NCBI GenBank assembly: GCA_964495705.1
Contig: CAZBWS010000007.1
Coordinates: forward strand, 688-64,687
From: an uncultured Gammaproteobacteria bacterium
GTDB lineage: Bacteria; Pseudomonadota; Gammaproteobacteria; HTCC5015
Direction: 5' to 3'
DNA length: 64,000 bases
Part shown: positions 35,883 to 45,336 of the stretch, piece after piece
Position numbering within the stretch: the stretch's first letter is position 1
Layout: each line of letters opens with the position of its first letter
The notes under the pieces: generated by a model
The model's input: the letters and a program-made list of their open reading frames with translations, nothing else
What the model was told of the DNA's origin: nothing
Databases searched by the model: none
Translations under genes and position numbers: made by a program

Positions 35883-36344
35883 ATGAAAAAAATCATATTA
35901 TCCAGTGTGCTATTTAGTAGCATAAGCTTTGCATCCCCTGCCATTATAGAGAGTAGCGGTGAACCCTGCCCTCGTATGTACATGAAACTATCGGGAGTCT
36001 GTGTCAATCCAGAGAAAATCTGTGACAGCCGCAATAATTTAAAGGCGGCTGTATCACACTACATTTCCTACAAAGAAATAGATAAACAGTACGACTGTGC
36101 TGCAGGCAATACCAGCCCCCATCTGATACAGGATTTAGCCCCTAGCTATTCTTATGCTAATGCCGAAAATGTTTCAACTATTAGTCAAAGCTGTATCGAA
36201 TTGAAAAACACTCTAGATCAGTATCAATTATCCGGTGTTACTCTATTAGACCCAAGTACTAATACGGTACAAAAAATGGATTCAACAACAGCACAGCAAG
36301 TTATTCAACGAGTGAAATCACAGTTTTCTAATAACTGTCAGTAA
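35883..36344 (+). CDS. Hypothetical secreted Cys-containing protein
   Basis: It has the signal peptide MKKIILSSVLFSSISFA and 7 Cys in the mature part. The upstream region is AT-rich, and a terminator follows. Confidence 0.5.
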   Translation: MKKIILSSVLFSSISFASPAIIESSGEPCPRMYMKLSGVCVNPEKICDSRNNLKAAVSHYISYKEIDKQYDCAAGNTSPHLIQDLAPSYSYANAENVSTISQSCIELKNTLDQYQLSGVTLLDPSTNTVQKMDSTTAQQVIQRVKSQFSNNCQ

Positions 36345-36375
36345 TTACATTCATTTCGCCTGAAAAACAGGCAAT

Positions 36376-36404
36376 AAAAAAGGCGGCCACTGGCCGCCTT
36401 TTTT
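36376..36404. terminator. Bidirectional rho-independent terminator
   Basis: AAAAAAGGCGGCC-act-GGCCGCCTTTTTT lies between convergent genes. Confidence 0.8.
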
Positions 36405-36422
36405 ATGACTGATTAAACACGC

Positions 36423-37580
36423 TTAGTGCTTAATACCTAATGCGTCAATTACTTCAATAGTCAAAGCACCAACAGCTAGGCCTTTATCTTTCTGATATGC
36501 CTTAACTGCTTGAGTAGTTTGCCAGCCATAAATATTGTCTACAGGGCCCGCATTATAGCCAAGAGCGTTTAACTTGCTTTGTAGTTGACCAACAATCTCA
36601 CCGGTCATGTTTGTCTTACACAAGATTGGAGCCCATTCAATACGCCCTTCTGAGACCTTTGAACGCTTAGTCACTGTGCCGTAAACAGGAGCAACAGGCG
36701 TCTTTGTAGATGAAGCGGCTGTGACTAGCTTTTTCACTTTTACTTGGCCGTATTCAGCTGGAATAGTTTTAGTCACTGTTTTAGCAGGTGTCTTTACAAC
36801 GCGTGTTTTAACTGTCTTGTACTGAGCTGGCTGCACAACGACTTCTTTAGTTGTTGCCGCTGTTACCAGTGTACGCTTTGTGACTGTGCTGTATTGTGCA
36901 GGCACTTCAACTAAACACATAATTTCGCCAGTGCTTTCGTCGACTTTAGTTATTGGGCCAGTACCCTTTTTCCAAATAGAGTGAGCGGCTTTTACTAAAA
37001 CCTTCTCTGATGTTGAACCATAAACAGCAGGTACCTTACGTAGCTCTTTAATTTCAGGGCTAACTAGCACTTGTTCTTCTTTCCAACCGTAGACTGCAGG
37101 TACTACTTCTAGAACCTCTGTCTTTTCTTTAACTAAAACAGTTTTCTCTTCAGTTGCATATTTGGCAGGTACTAGACTAATAACATCATAACCTTCCTTT
37201 TTCAGAACTTCGATAGACTCTGTTTTGTAAGTAGGCTCAATGAATACTCGCGCATAACACTCACCTGGCTTTGCATTTGGTGGCAGTAAATCACCCATTG
37301 CTGAACTTGAGATGTTATCCCCTGTTAGCGCAGAAGATGTAGATTGACGTTCAGCTAACATACGCTTTAGATCCGTGATCTGGCGCTCGCGAGCTTGTAG
37401 CTCTGACTCCCTTTGAGTCAAACGATTTTGTAAGTCAACACTATTAGCAGAATTAACCGCTTGAGTTTGAGTGCTTTGAGTCGATGCAGATACATCATTA
37501 GCCTTAGTCGCTGTTGACCCACAACCTGTCATCGTAGTGACTGCAGCCGCAATGGATAGTACGAGTAGTTTCTTTTTCAT
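36423..37580 (-). CDS. Lipoprotein with coiled-coil, seven P-A-x-Y repeats and a C-terminal peptidoglycan-binding (PG_binding_1-like) domain
   Basis: The lipobox is AAVTTMTGC. A coiled-coil segment reads LQNRLTQRESELQARERQITDLKRMLAERQ. The repeats are PAKY/PAVY/PAVY/PAQY/PAQY/PAEY/APVY, each followed by K/T-rich ...VLV strands. The C-terminus is LQSKLNALGYNAGPVDNIYGWQTTQAVKAYQKDKGL. Confidence 0.75.
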   Translation of the reverse strand: MKKKLLVLSIAAAVTTMTGCGSTATKANDVSASTQSTQTQAVNSANSVDLQNRLTQRESELQARERQITDLKRMLAERQSTSSALTGDNISSSAMGDLLPPNAKPGECYARVFIEPTYKTESIEVLKKEGYDVISLVPAKYATEEKTVLVKEKTEVLEVVPAVYGWKEEQVLVSPEIKELRKVPAVYGSTSEKVLVKAAHSIWKKGTGPITKVDESTGEIMCLVEVPAQYSTVTKRTLVTAATTKEVVVQPAQYKTVKTRVVKTPAKTVTKTIPAEYGQVKVKKLVTAASSTKTPVAPVYGTVTKRSKVSEGRIEWAPILCKTNMTGEIVGQLQSKLNALGYNAGPVDNIYGWQTTQAVKAYQKDKGLAVGALTIEVIDALGIKH

Positions 37581-37710
37581 TTGTGTTTCCCTTTATTAAA
37601 GTGCCCAAAGTCTAGTCTTATTGCTGCTTAAGCTCTGTTAATAATTGTAAATTACTGAATAAATAAATTTGCGCGTGTAGAATAACCTCCTTTTTATACT
37701 TTGCATAGTA

Positions 37711-40700
37711 ATGATCACGCTTCCCCCAATCCCCCAGCACTCTGGAAACACCTTTACTTGGGGGCAACTCTACGGCAGTGCTAAGGCCCTGGCTATTGCT
37801 GAAGCGGCTAAGCAGTTTAAGGGCTTAAGTTTAGTTATCGTAGACAGCGCTCAAGAAGCTTGGCAACTTGAGGCCAGTATTAAGTTTTTTCTGGGGGCGC
37901 AAAAACTACCTATATTGCATTTTCCCGACTGGGAGACCTTACCTTATGATGTCTACTCACCCCATCAAGACATCATTTCAGAGCGCTTAAGTTCGTTGTA
38001 CCAACTCCCCCAGGTACAACATGGTCTATTAATATTACCGGCTATCAGCCTATTACAGCGCCTGCCCCCCGTAGATTATTTAGACCAACAAGCCTTTATT
38101 GCCAAGGTGGGTGATCGCTTAGATATAGATGCTTTGCGCGCTAGATTAGAACGTTCAGGCTATAGTTATGTGACACAAGTGTTAGAACATGGTGAGTTTG
38201 CCGTGCGAGGTGCTTTGATTGACCTTTTCCCCATGGGCCACGCCCAACCCTACCGCATTGATTTATTTGATGATGAAATAGAGTCTATTCGTGATTTTGA
38301 CCCTGAAACCCAGCTTTCCAATGCAAAACACGCAGAGATTCGTCTACTTCCAGCAAGGGAGTTCCCCTTGCATGAGCAAGCTATCAGTGAATTTCGCGGG
38401 CGTTGGCGTGACCGTTTTGAGGGCGATCCACAAAGCTGTGTCGTTTATAAAGACGTTAGTAATGGCCTAGCTCCTGCGGGGATAGAGTATTACTCACCTT
38501 TATTTTTTACTAAGACAGCGAGTTTATTTGACTATCTACCCAAAAAAACATTGGTTTTACAAGCCTCCCCCGTTGATAGCAGTAATGAGCACTTTTGGGA
38601 ACAGCTTGCACATCGCCACGAACAACGCCGACACAATACTGAACGCCCCATACTCGAGCCAGATGAGTTATACCTAAGACCCAAAGACAGCAAACAAGCA
38701 CTAGCAGCCTATCCGCATATACAGTTGCAAAGCTTTGAGGCAGCCGAAACTCTTACACATAAACATAATTTTTCTGCCCGACAACCAGACTCTTTCCAGC
38801 TGAAAGTTAAAGAGCAAGACCCCAGTGCCAAGCTGCGCTTATTCACTGAGAACTGTGAAAAAAACATACTTTTTATCGCTGAGTCTGCAGGGCGACGAGA
38901 AAGCTTGCTAGAGCTGTTGAGGGGCATCAATATACACCCCAAACAAGTACAAAGCTGGGACGAGATAAACCAACAGCCATCCAACAATGGACACTTCATA
39001 AGTGTTGCACCACTGCCCGAGGGTTTAGATCTTCCCGAGCTAGTGATTATTGCGGAAAGTCAAATTTACGGCGAGCGTGTCTCGCAATCTCGGCGGCGGC
39101 GTAAAAGCAGTGGCCAAAAAGATGCCCAGGCGATTATTAATAGCCTAGAAGATCTATCCATAGGCGCTCCTGTCGTACATGAACACAGTGGTGTTGGCCG
39201 CTATCAGGGGCTTCAAACACTCCAGCTAGGCGATATTGAGCACGAATTTTTAACCCTTGAATACGCTAATGAAGACAAGCTATATGTACCCGTTAGCGAT
39301 CTACATTTAGTTAGCCGCTTTACCGGTGCCCCTGCAGACTCTGCACCTCTGCATAAACTCGGCTCTGAAACTTGGGGTAAGCAAAAAGCTCGCGCCCTTA
39401 AACAAGCCAGAGATGTTGCAGCAGAACTGCTTGCAATACATGCCAAGCGCGCCGCTAAACAAGGCCAACAATTTAAACTCCCTGTGGTGGAGTATGAACT
39501 ATTCAGCAGCGGCTTCCCCTTTGAGGAGACTGCGGACCAACACGATGCGATTAATGCCGTATTAGAAGACATGCAGAAAACGCAACCTATGGATCGGGTA
39601 GTTTGTGGTGATGTGGGCTTTGGTAAAACCGAAGTGGCTATGCGTGCTGCCTTTATGGCGAGCATGAACCAAAAGCAAGTATGTATATTAGTGCCAACGA
39701 CCTTGCTCGCCCAACAGCACTTTGAAAACTTTCAAAATCGCTTTGCAGATTGGCCCGTGCGCGTCGAATGTTTATCGCGCTTTGGCGGCAAGAAAAAGCA
39801 AGACGCGACGATTGCCGACCTCGGCGACGGCAAAGTCGACATTATTATTGGCACCCACAAACTGCTGCAACCGAGTATTAAGTTTAATGACTTAGGCCTC
39901 GTTATCGTCGATGAGGAACAGCGCTTTGGTGTGCGACATAAGGAAATGATGAAGAAAATGCGTGCTGAGGTAGATATATTAACCCTCACTGCCACCCCTA
40001 TTCCTCGTACGCTAAACATGGCCATGAGTGGCTTGCGTGATCTATCGATTATCGCTACCCCGCCACAACGCCGTACTGCTGTTAAAACGTTTATTAGTGA
40101 ATGGAATGACGACCAAATACGCGAAGCCTGCCAGCGCGAACTATCCCGTGGCGGGCAGATCTACTTTGTACATAACAAAGTAGAAAACATCGGTAAAATT
40201 GCAGCACAAATAGAAGCTATCGTGCCTGAAGCCAGAGCCGCAGTGGCTCACGGGCAGATGGGTGAGCGCGAGCTAGAACAAGTGATGCTGGACTTCTACC
40301 ATCAGCGCGTCAATTTATTGGTGTGTACCACCATTATCGAAAGTGGTATCGATGTCCCCACAGCGAATACGATCATCATCAACCGAGCAGACCACTTTGG
40401 CCTATCCCAGCTACACCAAATGCGTGGCCGTGTAGGGCGTAGCCACCATCGCGCCTATGCCTATTTAATCGCTCCCCATGAAAAAGCGATGAGTGCGGAT
40501 GCCGCGAAACGCTTACAAGCGATAGAGTCCCTTGAAGACCTCGGCGCAGGTTTTACCCTAGCTACCCACGATCTAGAAATTCGAGGTGCGGGTGAGCTAC
40601 TGGGGTCAGAGCAATCGGGACAGATTCAAGAGGTTGGTTTTGGTATGTACACCGACATGTTAGACCGCGCGGTGAAAGCCTTAAAAAGCGGAGTAGACTT

Positions 40701-41175
40701 TGATGCAGCGTTGCCCACCGACTCTGGACCACAGATTGATTTGGGCATCCCCTCACTTCTACCTTCCGACTATGTACCCGATGTGCATATGCGTTTAATG
40801 CTCTATAAGCGCATATCCAATGCCGATGACTTAATTGAACTGAAGGATGTTGAGATGGAGCTTATAGATCGCTTTGGCCTCTTACCCGAAGGCGCTAAAA
40901 ACCTCTTACTAGTGGCTCAAATGAAGTTATCCGCATTGAGCATGGGGATTGGTAAAATAGACGCTGGAAAAAATGGAGGTCGAATAGAGTTTACCCCTCA
41001 CACCACGATCGACCCAGGTACACTCATCATGTTGATTCAACGCAACCCTGCGACCTATCATTTTAATGCCCCAGAGAATAAACTGCGCTTTAAATGTGAG
41101 TCTGACACAGCTGAGGAGCGTTTCGAGTTTATCTTTGCTATGCTCGACGCATTAAGCCAAAAAACCACCCAATAA
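37711..41175 (+). CDS. mfd: Transcription-repair coupling factor
   Basis: 1154 aa. It has a UvrB-homology N-terminus, an RNAP-interacting region (GAPVVHEHSGVGRYQG), superfamily-2 helicase motifs (GDVGFGKTEVAMRAAF, DEEQRFGV, TATPIPRTL) and the TRG motif region. Confidence 0.95.
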   Translation: MITLPPIPQHSGNTFTWGQLYGSAKALAIAEAAKQFKGLSLVIVDSAQEAWQLEASIKFFLGAQKLPILHFPDWETLPYDVYSPHQDIISERLSSLYQLPQVQHGLLILPAISLLQRLPPVDYLDQQAFIAKVGDRLDIDALRARLERSGYSYVTQVLEHGEFAVRGALIDLFPMGHAQPYRIDLFDDEIESIRDFDPETQLSNAKHAEIRLLPAREFPLHEQAISEFRGRWRDRFEGDPQSCVVYKDVSNGLAPAGIEYYSPLFFTKTASLFDYLPKKTLVLQASPVDSSNEHFWEQLAHRHEQRRHNTERPILEPDELYLRPKDSKQALAAYPHIQLQSFEAAETLTHKHNFSARQPDSFQLKVKEQDPSAKLRLFTENCEKNILFIAESAGRRESLLELLRGINIHPKQVQSWDEINQQPSNNGHFISVAPLPEGLDLPELVIIAESQIYGERVSQSRRRRKSSGQKDAQAIINSLEDLSIGAPVVHEHSGVGRYQGLQTLQLGDIEHEFLTLEYANEDKLYVPVSDLHLVSRFTGAPADSAPLHKLGSETWGKQKARALKQARDVAAELLAIHAKRAAKQGQQFKLPVVEYELFSSGFPFEETADQHDAINAVLEDMQKTQPMDRVVCGDVGFGKTEVAMRAAFMASMNQKQVCILVPTTLLAQQHFENFQNRFADWPVRVECLSRFGGKKKQDATIADLGDGKVDIIIGTHKLLQPSIKFNDLGLVIVDEEQRFGVRHKEMMKKMRAEVDILTLTATPIPRTLNMAMSGLRDLSIIATPPQRRTAVKTFISEWNDDQIREACQRELSRGGQIYFVHNKVENIGKIAAQIEAIVPEARAAVAHGQMGERELEQVMLDFYHQRVNLLVCTTIIESGIDVPTANTIIINRADHFGLSQLHQMRGRVGRSHHRAYAYLIAPHEKAMSADAAKRLQAIESLEDLGAGFTLATHDLEIRGAGELLGSEQSGQIQEVGFGMYTDMLDRAVKALKSGVDFDAALPTDSGPQIDLGIPSLLPSDYVPDVHMRLMLYKRISNADDLIELKDVEMELIDRFGLLPEGAKNLLLVAQMKLSALSMGIGKIDAGKNGGRIEFTPHTTIDPGTLIMLIQRNPATYHFNAPENKLRFKCESDTAEERFEFIFAMLDALSQKTTQ

Positions 41176-41190
41176 GAAGTTATTATATTA

Positions 41191-41925
41191 ATGTTGAAGT
41201 ATAGCCTAAGGAAAAATAGTAACACCTTGATTGCATTAGCTTTACTAAGCTTTTGTTCCCTAGCTCAGGCTCAGAGTTTGCGCTGGTATGATGTGGAAGT
41301 AATCGCGTTTGCCCATGCACGCGGTGAATACCTAAATACCGAGACGTGGCCAGCGCAGTGGCCGCGGCCCGACACAGAATCGGCTATTAATTTTGAAACG
41401 ATCAAACATAGCTTGTTTTCCAAAAAAGCCTCTCGTGGTGTTCTATCGGGGATTGCAAAGCGTGTTGATAAGTCCAGTCGCTACAAACTGCTTAGCTATA
41501 AGGTTTGGCGCCAAGCGGGGCTTTCTGAGACCAAGTCGAAGCCGGTACATATTCAGTCTGAGGCGCGGGTGAGCAATTTAGCGCCTCAAGGTAGTGATGA
41601 GTACGGCAATCTAATTAGCCAGCTAATTGAGGTGCCAATGCTGGATGGGACTGTCCGCATTAGCTTGGGCCGCTTTCTGCATATTCACACCGACCTGTTA
41701 TATACCACGGCTTTAGAGGATATACAGCTATTGCCAGAGACAGCAGAAGAAGGTGATGTTGCTATTAAAACCACACAACGCTTAGCGCCAGAGGGTTCTC
41801 AGCAAAATCGTTTACAAGGCTTTGTGTTAAAAACACAGCGCAAAACGCGCAGTAAAGAGACTCAATTTATAGATCATCCAATGTTTGGCTTAATTGTGCG
41901 CATTACACCCGTTAAAACATCCTAG
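41191..41925 (+). CDS. CsiV-like periplasmic protein (conserved mfd neighbour)
   Basis: A signal peptide is followed by ...LRWYDVEVIAFAH..., which is the W-Y-x-V-E-V-I-x-F opening I associate with the CsiV family. It sits immediately downstream of mfd, as csiV does in Vibrio. This is a recollection-based call. Confidence 0.5.
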   Translation: MLKYSLRKNSNTLIALALLSFCSLAQAQSLRWYDVEVIAFAHARGEYLNTETWPAQWPRPDTESAINFETIKHSLFSKKASRGVLSGIAKRVDKSSRYKLLSYKVWRQAGLSETKSKPVHIQSEARVSNLAPQGSDEYGNLISQLIEVPMLDGTVRISLGRFLHIHTDLLYTTALEDIQLLPETAEEGDVAIKTTQRLAPEGSQQNRLQGFVLKTQRKTRSKETQFIDHPMFGLIVRITPVKTS

Positions 41926-41953
41926 CGTCGATAAGACCATCAGGGGGAAACCA

Positions 41954-42967
41954 ATGACATCTAAATCACTCGGCCTCGCCGCCATCTTATTACTACTAGG
42001 TGGCTGCACAACTATAAGCAATATTAACGATAATATCTCAAGTAAATTTAAAAATTTTTATACAAATAAACCTGATGTGGTGGGTCGCCAACCCACACAT
42101 TTGATGCCACATAAAGAACAACTGTTTTTAAACGGCCCTGTTAAAAAGGTGAGTTATTTCATAACACGTCCAGACTTCTCAGGCACGCAAATCACTGATG
42201 AACTGCATATTGAGTTTAATCAGGCGGGTTTTATTACTCAAATTACGGGTAATAAAAAAGCCTTGGCTATCAATGGCTTTTTAAAATACTGGAGCCTGCC
42301 AGCTAATACACAAATCGAATATGATAAAAATAATGTATTAGAAAAAATATCCAGCGCTAAAAGCAGTCATCAATATGAATACGAAGGCGGCCCAGAAGAA
42401 TATAGTGAGAAAACAGGCAATATGCGCTCTGTTATCCTTACTCATGTGCAAAACTCAGAGCAAAAATATCGTACTTTAGATTACATGATCTATGCGGGAA
42501 ATCGCTATATGGTCCTCAGCAAAGACAATCGCCAACGTGAAAAAACGGTAGCTCGTATCTATGAATACGAGAATAATCGCCTGCATAAAGTGTACTTTCA
42601 TGAGAATGACTATCCTCTAGACAAAAAACCTAGTGAGGCATTACAAGACCCTTTGAAATACCGGTTCACGCTTGAAAAACAAATTGACTACGACCTACAG
42701 GGGCGTATTAATCATGTAATGACTAGCCAGCGTAAGGGGGCATTGATTTCAGAGGATCGAATCAGCTACCACATCAACAGTAAAAACCCGAAACGCTTGA
42801 CCAATGTTAATGGTACGGGGTCACAGCAATACCGCATCAAATACAGCGATTATGAGCAAGACCAAAGTGAAAACTGGATTTCACGTAAAGTGATTACAAC
42901 TTATCGCCGTGGCGACAAGGAAGGTAGTGATAAGCGAACGATTGAGTACTTTGAAACAGAAAGCTAA
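41954..42967 (+). CDS. Lipoprotein with YD/RHS-like short repeats (hypothetical)
   Basis: I prefer the start at Met21 (41954), preceded by AGGGGGA. The lipobox is LLLLGGC. YD-like motifs are IEYDKNNVLEKI, IYEYENNRLHKVY and IDYDLQGRINHV. The track ORF starts at 41894. Confidence 0.55.
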   Translation: MTSKSLGLAAILLLLGGCTTISNINDNISSKFKNFYTNKPDVVGRQPTHLMPHKEQLFLNGPVKKVSYFITRPDFSGTQITDELHIEFNQAGFITQITGNKKALAINGFLKYWSLPANTQIEYDKNNVLEKISSAKSSHQYEYEGGPEEYSEKTGNMRSVILTHVQNSEQKYRTLDYMIYAGNRYMVLSKDNRQREKTVARIYEYENNRLHKVYFHENDYPLDKKPSEALQDPLKYRFTLEKQIDYDLQGRINHVMTSQRKGALISEDRISYHINSKNPKRLTNVNGTGSQQYRIKYSDYEQDQSENWISRKVITTYRRGDKEGSDKRTIEYFETES

Positions 42968-42972
42968 GCTGT

Positions 42973-43983
42973 TTACAGCCTATCCGCATCAGCAATTATA
43001 CTCAGTAAACGCTCGCCATCTAAGGCGGGTGTATCACCGGCATCAAAGGCTTTTTTTACCTGCTGAACCACTTTTAGATTCACAGGTGTAGCTATACCTA
43101 CTTGTTTACCTAAGGCGACAATGGCGCCATTCAGATAGTCAATTTCAGGCTGACGCTTAGCCTGTAAATCCTCCCACATAGAAGAACGTGCCTCGGGGTC
43201 CATTTTCAACATGCCCTTGGCTAATAACTGAAAAACCTGATTAGGCAAACGCAATACAAAGGGCAATAAACGCGGCATGACTTTCCCCACTCTGACTGGC
43301 TTTATTTTCGCCTTATCCATACATTTCAGAGCTTCGGCAATACTCAAGGCCAATGCGCGACGATAGTGTCTATCTGCAAGCTGTTGTTGTAAGGGCTTAC
43401 CCGACAACATATTCAGCGCATTATTTAAGTTCATTAACAACTTGCCCCACTGAACGGCTTCTATGTCTTTAACTTGTTTGACGGGGAGCCCCGCTTTATT
43501 GAAATACTCCAAAAGTTTACTAGGTAACGGCTGTATGCACAGTTCACCCTCAGTACCACAGTGAAAGCGCCCCAGTCCCCTATTCACCACATTAAAAGGC
43601 ACCATACCGCCAACAATATTGACATTACTTAGCCCAGCTTTAAGCCGCCCTAGGTTACCTACCCCATTTTGTAAACTGATTAAGGTCGCTCGTGCCTTCA
43701 ACTTGTTTTTCAGCTGCTTTAGGGCCACGGCTGTGTCTTGAGACTTAACCGTCAATATCACTACATCCGCCTCTGTAAGAACATCGGTATCGGTGTGAAA
43801 ATCAAACTGTGAACTAGGCAGACGAATTTGGCTTTGGTTGAAATGAGTAAGGTGTAAGCCTTTATCATTTAACAAGGCTTGCATTCGCGGTCGGCCAATA
43901 AAGCTAACAGTTGCTCCCGCTGCAGCCAAACGCCCTCCTACGTAACAACCAATTGAGCCCGCACCTAATATAACAATCCGCAT
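42973..43983 (-). CDS. 2-dehydropantoate 2-reductase family (PanE/ApbA) oxidoreductase
   Basis: The N-terminal Rossmann motif is MRIVILGAGSIGCYVGGRLAAAG. The length and the C-terminal ApbA_C-like helical domain fit the family. Confidence 0.75.
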   Translation of the reverse strand: MRIVILGAGSIGCYVGGRLAAAGATVSFIGRPRMQALLNDKGLHLTHFNQSQIRLPSSQFDFHTDTDVLTEADVVILTVKSQDTAVALKQLKNKLKARATLISLQNGVGNLGRLKAGLSNVNIVGGMVPFNVVNRGLGRFHCGTEGELCIQPLPSKLLEYFNKAGLPVKQVKDIEAVQWGKLLMNLNNALNMLSGKPLQQQLADRHYRRALALSIAEALKCMDKAKIKPVRVGKVMPRLLPFVLRLPNQVFQLLAKGMLKMDPEARSSMWEDLQAKRQPEIDYLNGAIVALGKQVGIATPVNLKVVQQVKKAFDAGDTPALDGERLLSIIADADRL

Positions 43984-44067
43984 TGTGTATTCTCATCTAT
44001 TATTTATATCCTTATATAAACATAATGGAGGTGAATGCGCCAAGAGAATACGTTGATGAATTGAAAA

Positions 44068-44787
44068 TTACAGAGCGGCCAAAACCCGCTTAACCCCAAC
44101 CATCCCTAGCTCCAGGTTCTTATAAATCTCAGCAAGCGGAATCTCTTCATCCAAAACTCCACTTCCCCAATTAACCACCAGTGCTAAGCAAGCGTAATCT
44201 AAGCCTGCCTCCATTGCTAGAGCCGCCTCGGGCATCCCTGTCATACCAACAATGTCGCAGCCATCGCGCTTCAGTTTGGCAATCTCCGCAGCCGTTTCAA
44301 GACGTGGCCCCTGAGTGGCTGCATAGCAACCGCCATTGACGACCGTCTGGCCTGCTTTTTCTGCGGCAGCTAATAACTCAGCGCGCAGTGTTTGGTTATA
44401 GGGCTGGCAAAAGCTAATGTGCTGTACATCGCCCCCCGCTTCTACAAAGGTATGCTGGCGCCCCCAAGTGTAATCAATAATTTGATCGGGTAGATTGATG
44501 ACCTGTGGGCCATTCGCCGAGGTAATACCACCCACAGCAGCTACCGCAACCACTTTTTTTATACCTAGGGATTTAAGTGCCCAAATATTCGCGCGATAGT
44601 TAATCAAATGTGGCGCCACGCTATGGTCAGTATTGTGACGCGAAAGAAAAAATAGCTTTTTACCCTGCCATATACCCTCTTGCACCGGGCTGGCTAAACG
44701 GCCATAGGGTGTGATCATAAGATGCTCTTGTTGTAGCTCTAGATCCTCAAGCTGCTCTAAGCCACTGCCGCCAACAATCCCCAGCAT
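44068..44787 (-). CDS. S-methyl-5'-thioadenosine / thioinosine phosphorylase (PNP family 2)
   Basis: Motifs are GIVGGSGL, FLSRH and GPRLETAAE...GCDIVGMTGMPEA. It is adjacent to hpt, as at the Pseudomonas MTI phosphorylase locus. Confidence 0.85.
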   Translation of the reverse strand: MLGIVGGSGLEQLEDLELQQEHLMITPYGRLASPVQEGIWQGKKLFFLSRHNTDHSVAPHLINYRANIWALKSLGIKKVVAVAAVGGITSANGPQVINLPDQIIDYTWGRQHTFVEAGGDVQHISFCQPYNQTLRAELLAAAEKAGQTVVNGGCYAATQGPRLETAAEIAKLKRDGCDIVGMTGMPEAALAMEAGLDYACLALVVNWGSGVLDEEIPLAEIYKNLELGMVGVKRVLAAL

Positions 44788-44790
44788 CGC

Positions 44791-45336
44791 TTAAGACTTC
44801 GCGGCGTAGATAGCGTTGAGATTGCGATAGTAGCCCTTATAGTCCATGCCACAGCCAAACACGTATTGATCCGGCAACTTTAGTCCTACATAGTCCGCTG
44901 CAATATTGGGAGCACGTCGCTGATGTTGTTTATCGGTCAGCACGGCAATTTTCAAAGAGGCTGGCGCTTGCTGCTGCAGTGCCCCTTTGATCGCTAGTAG
45001 AGTATGGCCTTCGTCCAAGATATCATCTAATACGAGAACATGGCGATCAGATAAATTGGCTTGGGGCGCCGCCTTCCACATGACTTGTTCACCACGCAGT
45101 TCACCGTTGTAACGGGTAGCGTGTAGATAGTCTTGCTGGTGCGGGAAGTTGAGGCGCTTACATAACTCTGCGGTAAAAAACAAACCACCATTCATAACAC
45201 ATAGAAAAACCGGATCTTTATCTGCATAGTCAATGCGGATAGCTTCTGCCAGCTGGTCTAAGGCAGTACTGATTTGGTCTTCATTGAATACAACGGTGGC
45301 CGAGTCGAAGGCCTTTTGCGCTTCTAGTAGTGACAT
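44791..45336 (-). CDS. hpt: Hypoxanthine-guanine phosphoribosyltransferase
   Basis: It has the PRPP-binding motif HVLVLDDILDEGHTL and a typical length of about 180 aa. Confidence 0.85.
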   Translation of the reverse strand: MSLLEAQKAFDSATVVFNEDQISTALDQLAEAIRIDYADKDPVFLCVMNGGLFFTAELCKRLNFPHQQDYLHATRYNGELRGEQVMWKAAPQANLSDRHVLVLDDILDEGHTLLAIKGALQQQAPASLKIAVLTDKQHQRRAPNIAADYVGLKLPDQYVFGCGMDYKGYYRNLNAIYAAKS

